Of a stretch of 31,719 nucleotides of DNA, positions 18,079-25,403 are shown one piece after another. The translations under genes and the position numbers were made by a program. The notes beneath the pieces are model-generated. The model had not been told where the DNA came from, searched no databases, and saw only the letters and a list, made by a program, of their open reading frames with translations. Origin of the DNA: Candidatus Levyibacteriota bacterium (lineage in GTDB: Bacteria > Patescibacteriota > Microgenomatia > Levybacterales > GWA1-39-11); assembly GCA_039809365.1 (NCBI GenBank), contig JBDHUV010000001.1, positions 1 through 31,719 on the forward strand. Reading direction: 5' to 3'. Each line of letters begins with the position of its first letter. The first letter of the stretch is position 1.

Positions 18079-18973
18079 AATTGATACTGCAATCCTTAAG
18101 ACGCTTACATACTCAGACGTGTTTGCAAGTCCTCTGAATTTATCTGATCTTCACAGATATCTCTATAAATATGTTGTAGACAAAAAAACTTTACAACTTG
18201 TATTACAGAATACTTCTTGGGTTAAAAAAATAGGAACATATTATGTTCTTGCTGGGAGAGAATCTCTTGTTAAAACCTATCGGGTAAATGTAAAAGAAAG
18301 TAAAAGGAAAACGGTGATTGCAAAGCGAATAGTCTCAATTTTACGATTAATTCCTACAATCCGTATGATTGGGATAAGCGGAAGTGTTGCAGCAGAGAAT
18401 GCAACAAAAGGAGCAGATATTGATCTTTTTATTATTACTCGTCACCACTCCCTTTGGATTACCAGATTCTTGGCAACTATGGTCGTGACAATCTTAAGAA
18501 AAAAGCGTGCGGTAAAGTCAGAACTTGCTCCAGATACAATCTGTATGAATATGTGGATGAGTGAAGATAATCTTTTACTTCCTAAAAAAAATATATTTGT
18601 GGCGCGTGAGGTTCTCCAACTGAAAGTAGTGTATGATTCTTGTCATACCTATGCATCATTTTTACACGCGAATAACTGGATATATACATATTTTCCGAAT
18701 ACTTCCCAAATATTTAATTTTAAGAAAAAGAGCTTTCCCTCTTTTTCTTTTTTTTCTTTTATAAATTTTTTTGCATATAGCATACAGAGAATATATATGA
18801 AAAATAAAATAACTTCTGAGATTGTAGACACAAATTTTGCTGCGTTTCATCCTCGTGATATTTCAAAAGTAGTGCTCCAGATGTATAGAAATAGAGTAAA
18901 AGTGTATGGGAAATCATTGAATGTTGGATCCTCTCTATCTGTAAAAAAAAGAAATATTACTCCAGGATCTTGA
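18065..18973 (+). CDS. Hypothetical protein with a Pol-beta-like nucleotidyltransferase motif
   Basis: ISGSVA...ADIDLFII (GS...DxD); start overlaps the stop of the upstream gene; alternative start 18050. Confidence 0.75.
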   Translation: MKVNKIDTAILKTLTYSDVFASPLNLSDLHRYLYKYVVDKKTLQLVLQNTSWVKKIGTYYVLAGRESLVKTYRVNVKESKRKTVIAKRIVSILRLIPTIRMIGISGSVAAENATKGADIDLFIITRHHSLWITRFLATMVVTILRKKRAVKSELAPDTICMNMWMSEDNLLLPKKNIFVAREVLQLKVVYDSCHTYASFLHANNWIYTYFPNTSQIFNFKKKSFPSFSFFSFINFFAYSIQRIYMKNKITSEIVDTNFAAFHPRDISKVVLQMYRNRVKVYGKSLNVGSSLSVKKRNITPGS

Positions 18974-18998
18974 CACTCTTCAATCGTTTATGTATAGT
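18970..18998 (+). promoter_or_regulatory. Sigma70-type promoter for greA
   Basis: TTGACA-N17-TATAGT. Confidence 0.7.
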
Positions 18999-19049
18999 AC
19001 TGTAAGCAAAAGAGCACTCCCACTCTCCGGGAGTTAGTATTCAGAAAAT

Positions 19050-19514
19050 ATGGACAGAAAATATATATACGTTACTACTGATGGTCTTGAAGATCTAAAG
19101 AAAGAACTTGCTGAACTTAAAAAAGTTAAACGCCCTGAGGTGCTTGAAAGAGTAAGCCAAGCAAGAGCAATGGGTGATTTATCTGAAAATTCAGAGTATA
19201 CTGCAGCACGTGAGGAGCTTTCATTGATCGATGGAAGAGTTGAAGAGCTTGAAGATATGCTCAAAAGAGCAAAAATTATTCAAGAAGATGAAGGCGGGCA
19301 TGTAGTACAACTCGGATCTCGGGTAAATGTACTCGTAGGTGGTAAAAAAGAGTTGTTTACACTCGTAGGAGAGTGGGAAGCTGATCCTGCCGCAAGAAAA
19401 ATATCCCATGAGTCTCCTTTAGGAAAAGCACTGATTGGAAAATCTGTTGGTGAAAAAGTTGAAGTTAGCGCGCCAGCTGGAAAAATACTGTATCATATCC
19501 AAGGTATAGAGTAA
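19050..19514 (+). CDS. greA: Transcription elongation factor GreA
   Basis: ARAMGDLSENSEYTAAREE, VQLGSRV, ISHESPLGKALIGK. Confidence 0.97.
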   Translation: MDRKYIYVTTDGLEDLKKELAELKKVKRPEVLERVSQARAMGDLSENSEYTAAREELSLIDGRVEELEDMLKRAKIIQEDEGGHVVQLGSRVNVLVGGKKELFTLVGEWEADPAARKISHESPLGKALIGKSVGEKVEVSAPAGKILYHIQGIE

Positions 19515-19547
19515 AACGTATACCTTCCAGTGTGTCATAATTATTGA

Positions 19548-19576
19548 TTGACAATTGCTTTGTATATACTCATAAT
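19548..19576 (+). promoter_or_regulatory. Promoter for tdh-kbl (probably leaderless)
   Basis: TTGACA-N17-CATAAT, 6 nt before ATG 19583. Confidence 0.7.
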
Positions 19577-19582
19577 GCTACT

Positions 19583-20602
19583 ATGACACCAAAAACAATG
19601 CTCGCAGTCCTCAAAGAGAAACCAGAACCTGGTGTCCTAATAAAACAAGTTCCTGTTCCCACTCCAAAAAAAGATGAAGTCCTTGTGAAAGTAAAATATG
19701 CCTCAATCTGTGGTACAGATATTAATATTTATGACTGGAACACGTGGGCACAAGGACATATAACACCTCCTGCAATTATTGGGCATGAATTAGTAGGAGA
19801 AGTTGTTGAAATAAATGGCAAACCTGAAAATGATCTAAAAGTTGGAGATTTAGTAAGTTCTGAAACTCATATTTTCTGCCAAAACTGTTTCCAATGTAAA
19901 ATAGGGAATAAGCATATTTGTGAGAATATGGAGTTATTTGGGATTGGAAGAGACGGGTCATTTGCAGAATATACAACTATCCCACTTAAAACTACATGGA
20001 AAAATGATCCAAAAATTCCAGTTGAGTCGATGAGTGTACAAGAACCCTTAGGGAATGCAGTAAATGTAGTGACAAAAGCAGATGTGAAAGGAAAGAAAAT
20101 ACTCGTAATGGGGCTTGGTCCTACGGGGCTTTGTGCAGGAATGGTAGCAAAAGCATATGGTGCAAAAGAGGTAGTTGGAATTAATAGAAGAGAGTATAGA
20201 AGAAAGCTTGCACTCAAAATTGGATTTGATCGTGTACTCGAGGAATTACCTGAAAATGAGTACAATACATTTGATGCAGTTCTTGAGATGTCTGGAAATA
20301 GGATTGGTATTCAAGTCGCACTTGATGCGACTCGGATAGCGGGAAAAATAATTGCTTTTGGTATTCCTAAAGATACAATAGATATTGATTGGGGCAAATA
20401 TATGATTAATAAAGAGCTTTCAATTGATTCTGTATTTGGGCGTATGATTTGGGATACGTGGAACGATACAACTAAGTTATTAGTATCAGGGAAAGTTGAT
20501 CTTCGTAAAATTATTACTCATAGATTTAAACTATCTGAGTTTGAAAAAGCAATGGAAGTTATGAAAAGTGGAGAATGCGGTAAAGTACTTTTAGAACCAT
20601 AA
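19583..20602 (+). CDS. tdh: L-threonine 3-dehydrogenase (Zn-dependent MDR)
   Basis: ICGTD, GHE, VSSETHIFCQNCFQC...HIC, QEPLGNAV, GLGPTG; adjacent to kbl. Confidence 0.9.
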   Translation: MTPKTMLAVLKEKPEPGVLIKQVPVPTPKKDEVLVKVKYASICGTDINIYDWNTWAQGHITPPAIIGHELVGEVVEINGKPENDLKVGDLVSSETHIFCQNCFQCKIGNKHICENMELFGIGRDGSFAEYTTIPLKTTWKNDPKIPVESMSVQEPLGNAVNVVTKADVKGKKILVMGLGPTGLCAGMVAKAYGAKEVVGINRREYRRKLALKIGFDRVLEELPENEYNTFDAVLEMSGNRIGIQVALDATRIAGKIIAFGIPKDTIDIDWGKYMINKELSIDSVFGRMIWDTWNDTTKLLVSGKVDLRKIITHRFKLSEFEKAMEVMKSGECGKVLLEP

Positions 20603-20603
20603 T

Positions 20604-21800
20604 ATGAACATTCCCCAGTTTTATTCAAATCTTGAAAAAGAAGTAGCAAAAGGTAAAAAGCCAATGGTTATTCAGTCAGGACAAGGAGCATATCTTACCA
20701 TTGATGGGAAAGATAAATTAAATTTTTGTTCTAGTCACTATCTTGGCCTGGCAGAACATTCCCGATTAAAAGAAGCAATCATCGATGCTACTCAAAATTA
20801 TGGTGTTGGTACTGGATATAGAACTCTTGCAGGCACACACACATTACATATCGATCTTGAAAATGCAATTGCAAAATTTAAAGGTACAGAAAAAGCAGTA
20901 GTGTTCTCAAGTGCGTATATGGCCAATGCAGCAGCAATACAAACATTCCTTGGAAAAGAAGATATTGTTATTTCCGATGAGCTTAATCATGCCTCAATTA
21001 TTGATGCAGTTCGAGTAGCAGGGATTAAAAATAAATTTATTTACAAACATAGTGATATGGCAAGTCTTGAAGAACAGTTGAAGCTTGCTAGCGATCTTGG
21101 AAAAACAGCTAAAAGTGATGGGACAGATCCTATTATATTAATAGTAACTGATGGAGTATTCTCTATGGATGGTGATTTAGCGCCATTACCAGATATTGTT
21201 AAACTTGCAAAAAAATATCAAGCACTTACTATGGTTGATGATGCACATGGAGAGGGTGTATTGGGAAGAGGAGGACGGGGAATCGTAGATCATTTTGGTC
21301 TATTGGGTGAAATTGATATCGAAGTAGGAAGCCTTTCAAAAGCTTTTTCAGTAATGGGAGGTTTTATTGCTGGAAAAGAGCCACTCATTGATTATATTAA
21401 CTTAAAAGCACGTCAAAGACTTTTTTCAATTGCATTAACAATTCCCGATACAGCAGCAGCACTTGCAGCAGTAACGTTGTTACTTGAATCAGACTCTGTT
21501 GTTGCAAAACTGTGGGACAATGTAAAATACTTACAAGAAGAATTTAAAAAACGGGGGTTTGATACGGGTAATTCTCAAACACCCATTATCCCAGTTATGT
21601 TAGGTGATGAAGAGGTCGCAAAAGAATTCAGTCGAAAACTTTTCGATTTGGATGTTTTTGCCACCCCTATTGTTTTCCCCATGGTAGCAAAAGGAAAAGC
21701 ACGTATTCGCGTCATAGCTTCTGCTTCTCATTCACCTGAAGATCTTAATAAAGGTCTCAATGCATTTGAAAGAGTTGGAAAAGAATTGGGAGTAATTTAA
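20604..21800 (+). CDS. kbl: Glycine C-acetyltransferase (2-amino-3-ketobutyrate CoA ligase), PLP-dependent
   Basis: LNFCSSHYLGL, SDELNHASIIDA, TDGVFSMDGD, VDDAHGEG, GSLSKAF, ARIRV; 1 nt after tdh. Confidence 0.88.
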   Translation: MNIPQFYSNLEKEVAKGKKPMVIQSGQGAYLTIDGKDKLNFCSSHYLGLAEHSRLKEAIIDATQNYGVGTGYRTLAGTHTLHIDLENAIAKFKGTEKAVVFSSAYMANAAAIQTFLGKEDIVISDELNHASIIDAVRVAGIKNKFIYKHSDMASLEEQLKLASDLGKTAKSDGTDPIILIVTDGVFSMDGDLAPLPDIVKLAKKYQALTMVDDAHGEGVLGRGGRGIVDHFGLLGEIDIEVGSLSKAFSVMGGFIAGKEPLIDYINLKARQRLFSIALTIPDTAAALAAVTLLLESDSVVAKLWDNVKYLQEEFKKRGFDTGNSQTPIIPVMLGDEEVAKEFSRKLFDLDVFATPIVFPMVAKGKARIRVIASASHSPEDLNKGLNAFERVGKELGVI

Positions 21801-21829
21801 TTGACAATTATTTATATCCTTGTTAATAT
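21801..21829 (+). promoter_or_regulatory. Promoter for the lysS leader
   Basis: TTGACA-N17-TAATAT, 8 nt before ATG 21838. Confidence 0.7.
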
Positions 21830-21837
21830 ACCAACAT

Positions 21838-21882
21838 ATGAAAAATATTGTTAATAAATCCTCAAAGAAGTCTAGCTCCTAA
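21838..21882 (+). CDS. Putative leader peptide MKNIVNKSSKKSSS (14 aa, Lys/Ser rich)
   Basis: ATG AAA AAT ATT GTT AAT AAA TCC TCA AAG AAG TCT AGC TCC TAA, directly after a promoter and before alternative hairpins. Confidence 0.65.
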   Translation: MKNIVNKSSKKSSS

Positions 21883-21938
21883 CGGGGTTGTCTCTTTGTT
21901 GTCTAACAAAATAAAGATACCCCGAAAGGGGTTTTTTT
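21873..21938 (+). promoter_or_regulatory. Putative transcription attenuator (1:2 hairpin, antiterminator, terminator)
   Basis: 1:2 TAGCTCC-TAAC-GGGGTTG; 2:3 CGGGGT...ACCCCG long stem 21883-21924; 3:4 ACCCC-GAAA-GGGGT plus T-tract. Confidence 0.7.
21919..21938 (+). terminator. Intrinsic terminator upstream of lysS
   Basis: ACCCCGAAAGGGG followed by TTTTTTT. Confidence 0.8.
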
Positions 21939-21967
21939 GTATCTAAATAAGATATAATAGAGAAAAT

Positions 21968-23491
21968 ATGTATTGGTCAGACGAAGTAGCGCAAAAATTA
22001 AAAGAACGAAATTTACCGCTTGAGTGGGTTGACGATATGAAAACCCCAAGTGGTCGTATTCATGTGGGATCACTTATGGGAGTGGTTGTCCATGGATTAG
22101 TACATAGATCCTTAGAGGAGGTTGGAGTAAATACAAAATATACTTATGTATTTGAAAACCATGATCCGATGGATGACATCCCTTCGTATCTTCCTCAGGA
22201 AGAGTACAAACAGTATTTAGGCATGCCATTATATAAAATCCCCTCTCCTGTTGAAGGATATGAAAATTTTGCTGCATACTATGCGCAAGAATTTATGGAT
22301 ACATTTAATGCGTTAGGATTTCATCCAGAGATTTTGTGGACAAAAGACCTGTACATGTCTGGGAAAATGAATGATGGAATTAAAAAAGTTCTTGACCAAG
22401 CAGATGTAATCAGAGACATCTATAAAGAGTTATATAAAAAAGAAGTAGCACAAGATTGGTATCCGTTCCAAGTATATTGTGAGCAGTGCGGAAAAGTATC
22501 TACGACAAGAGTATATAACTGGGATGGAGAGAATGTACACTATCGTTGCCCGATTGATGCAACTGACTGGACTCCTGGATGTGGATATGAAGGCAAAGTC
22601 TCACCATATAGTGATGAAAGTAGGTTTACTGGGAAAATGCCTTGGAAAGTAGAGTGGGCAGTGAAATGGCAAGCTATTGGTGTAACAGTCGAAGGCGCTG
22701 GGAAGGATCATATGAGTAAAGGTGGATCTCACGATCTTGCCACAATGGTTGCAGAAAAAGTACTTAAATATCCTGTTCCCTATCCTGTTGGATATGAATT
22801 TTTACTTATTGGAGGCAAAAAAATGTCATCTTCAAAAGGGAGAGGGTACGCCGCAGCTGATATGCTTCAAATACTACCACCAGAACTCCTTAGGTTTTTA
22901 TTAGTAAAAATGAATATAAAACAGCAGACTAATTTCGATCCTACAGAAGCAGATACAATACCCAAACTTTTTGATGAGTATCAGGAGTATTCTCAACACT
23001 ATTTTGATGATGCAAAAGATGACTATGCCCGAGTTTTTGAACTATCCCAAATAGGAGAGATTCAACAGCCTCCAAGTACTCGTTTTACGACTCTTGCACA
23101 ATGGGTACAGATGCCAAATATGCAGGAAACAATTGAAAAAGAAGGGTTATTGAACTGGGCACCTTATGCCAAATTTTGGTTAGAGAATTTTGCACCAGAA
23201 AAAGATAGATTTACTGTACAAGAAACATTGCCAGAATCAGTGAATGGACTCACTGAGTTACAAAAAGACTATTTAAAAAAACTTGCATCATTGTTAGATG
23301 AGATAAATACTGCAGATCAACTCCAGATTGCATTGTATGATCTTGCAAAAGGGATAAATTTAGGAGGTAAAGAAGCTTTCCAAGCAATTTACACTTCAAT
23401 TTTAGGAAAATCTTCTGGACCAAAAGCAGCGTGGCTCATTTTTTCACTAGACCGTGAATTTGTAAAACAAAGATTTGCGGAAGTCTCATGA
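21968..23491 (+). CDS. lysS: Lysine--tRNA ligase, class I
   Basis: TPSGRIHVG (HIGH), GKMPWKVEWAVKW, EGAGKDH, KMSSSKG (KMSKS), PELLRF. Confidence 0.95.
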   Translation: MYWSDEVAQKLKERNLPLEWVDDMKTPSGRIHVGSLMGVVVHGLVHRSLEEVGVNTKYTYVFENHDPMDDIPSYLPQEEYKQYLGMPLYKIPSPVEGYENFAAYYAQEFMDTFNALGFHPEILWTKDLYMSGKMNDGIKKVLDQADVIRDIYKELYKKEVAQDWYPFQVYCEQCGKVSTTRVYNWDGENVHYRCPIDATDWTPGCGYEGKVSPYSDESRFTGKMPWKVEWAVKWQAIGVTVEGAGKDHMSKGGSHDLATMVAEKVLKYPVPYPVGYEFLLIGGKKMSSSKGRGYAAADMLQILPPELLRFLLVKMNIKQQTNFDPTEADTIPKLFDEYQEYSQHYFDDAKDDYARVFELSQIGEIQQPPSTRFTTLAQWVQMPNMQETIEKEGLLNWAPYAKFWLENFAPEKDRFTVQETLPESVNGLTELQKDYLKKLASLLDEINTADQLQIALYDLAKGINLGGKEAFQAIYTSILGKSSGPKAAWLIFSLDREFVKQRFAEVS

Positions 23492-24036
23492 AGCCGCTTG
23501 TATTTGTAACAAGTAATAAAGATAAAGCAAAAGAAGTTGAAGAAATACTGGGTATTCCTTTAGAAATTAAAAATCTTGAGCTCCCTGAAATACAAGATAT
23601 TGATGTTGAAAAGGTTGTAGAGTATAAAGCGCAACAAGCATTTAATAGAGTAAAAAGTCCAGTGTTAGTAGATGATGCAGGATTATATGTCCATGCATGG
23701 GAAGGTTTTCCAGGTGCATTTATAAAATATATTTTCAATTCGGCAGGATTAGATAAAATGAATAAATGGTTAGAATCAGAGTCTGATAAAAGTATTACAG
23801 TAATAGCAGCACTTGGATATCATGATGGAAATAAAGTACATACATTTACAGGGAAAGTAAAAGCAACGTTTGTTGATCCGAAAGGAGACCAAGGATGGGG
23901 TTTTGATCCCTATATTCTACCTGAAGGTGAGACAGAAACATGGGCACAACAAGGGGGAGAAAAGAAAAATGCTAGTTCACATAGATATAATGCATTAGTA
24001 AATTTTAAAAACTATTTAAATAAATTAGAAAAGTAG
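23488..24036 (+). CDS. rdgB: Non-canonical purine NTP pyrophosphatase (RdgB/Ham1/ITPA family)
   Basis: VTSNKDK, LPEIQ, VDDAGL, FPGAFIK, GWGFDP, SSHR; ATGA overlap with lysS. Confidence 0.92.
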   Translation: MKPLVFVTSNKDKAKEVEEILGIPLEIKNLELPEIQDIDVEKVVEYKAQQAFNRVKSPVLVDDAGLYVHAWEGFPGAFIKYIFNSAGLDKMNKWLESESDKSITVIAALGYHDGNKVHTFTGKVKATFVDPKGDQGWGFDPYILPEGETETWAQQGGEKKNASSHRYNALVNFKNYLNKLEK

Positions 24037-24061
24037 TATAATCCAATTACAAATTTTAAGT

Positions 24062-25297
24062 ATGTTAGATATTAAATATATTCAAGAAAATCCAGAAAAA
24101 GTCCAAGAGGCAGCTCTTGCAAAAGGGATTACGGTTTCAATCGGAGAATTACTTGATGCTGAGAAAGAGTATAGAGAGGTATTTACTCAAGTACAGTCAT
24201 TAAGGGCAGAAAGAAATGCAGCTGCGAAATCACGGGATATAGAAAAAGGCAAAGAAATAAAAGGGAAACTTGAAGAATTAGAGCCTCGGCTTGCTGAACT
24301 GGAAGAAAAAGTTCAAACACTCCTTTGGAATATTCCAAATCCTTCAAAAGATGACGTAAAAGTTGGGAAAGATGATTCAGAGAATGAGATTATTCGTAAA
24401 TTTGGAGAACCAACTACTTTTTCATTTAAACCTCGTGATCATGTAGAACTTGGACAGATGTTGGACATTATAGATATTGAACGGGCAACCAAGATATCTG
24501 GGAGTAGATTTTATTATTTAAAAAATGAAGGAGTTTTGTTAGAACAAGCACTTCTCAGATACGCGCTCGACACATTACTTCCTCAAGGTTTTATACCTAT
24601 TCTTCCTCCTGTTCTTATTACAGAAGATACAATGAAACGACTTGGCTATATGGAAAATGGAGGAGATGAAGATATGTTTAGAATTGAAAAAGATAAACTT
24701 ATTTTAGTTGCTACTGCAGAACAATCAATTGCTCCAATTCATAAAGATGAAACACTTGATGAAGATGAACTTCCAAAAAGATATGTCGGATACTCACCTT
24801 CATTTAGAAGAGAAGCAGGAAGTTATGGAAAAGACACAAGAGGAATCTTAAGAGTTCATCAGTTTAATAAAGTAGAGATGGTGTCATTTGTGAAAAAAGG
24901 AGAAGATGATAAAGAACATGAGTTTCTACTAGGAATTGAAGAGAAGTTTTTTCAAGAATTAGGTATTCCTTACCAAGTATCAAAAATGTGTACGGGTGAT
25001 CTTGGGTTTCCTGCTGCAAGAAAGTATGATATAGAAGCGTGGATTCCTACCCAAGAAAAATACAGAGAAGTTACTTCAGTCTCTACTGTTACAGATTTTC
25101 AAAGTAGAAGATTAAATACAAAGTACAAAACAAAAGATGGAACTGAGTATGTACAGATTTTGAATGGTACAGCATTTTCAATAGGTCGCCCTATTATTGC
25201 GATTTTAGAGAACTTCCAACAAGAAGATGGGACTGTAATTATTCCAGAAGTATTAAGACAGTATACAGGGTTTGATAAAATCTCTCCTAAAAAATAA
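24062..25297 (+). CDS. serS: Serine--tRNA ligase
   Basis: MLDIKYI, IPNP, KISGSRFYYL, ATAE, FRREAGSYGKDTRGILRVHQFNKVE, YDIEAW, TDFQSRRL, LNGTA. Confidence 0.97.
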   Translation: MLDIKYIQENPEKVQEAALAKGITVSIGELLDAEKEYREVFTQVQSLRAERNAAAKSRDIEKGKEIKGKLEELEPRLAELEEKVQTLLWNIPNPSKDDVKVGKDDSENEIIRKFGEPTTFSFKPRDHVELGQMLDIIDIERATKISGSRFYYLKNEGVLLEQALLRYALDTLLPQGFIPILPPVLITEDTMKRLGYMENGGDEDMFRIEKDKLILVATAEQSIAPIHKDETLDEDELPKRYVGYSPSFRREAGSYGKDTRGILRVHQFNKVEMVSFVKKGEDDKEHEFLLGIEEKFFQELGIPYQVSKMCTGDLGFPAARKYDIEAWIPTQEKYREVTSVSTVTDFQSRRLNTKYKTKDGTEYVQILNGTAFSIGRPIIAILENFQQEDGTVIIPEVLRQYTGFDKISPKK

Positions 25298-25403
25298 CTT
25301 TTTTGTTTTCAATAGTTGAATTGGTCTGCTAGTTTTAAAGCCATTCGTAGTTGTGACAGGAGGCTATTTCTGATAAAATTGGGAGATTGCGAAGCTAAAT
25401 ATT

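Noticed and set aside
19011-19037. CIRCE-like AGAGCACTC-N9-GGGAGTTAG upstream of greA
   Set aside because: The right arm matches GAGTGCTAA at only about 5 of 9 positions; the local hairpin explains it better
21830-21967. T-box or lysine riboswitch upstream of lysS
   Set aside because: Too short, with no T-box GGTGGNACC motif and no lysine-aptamer features
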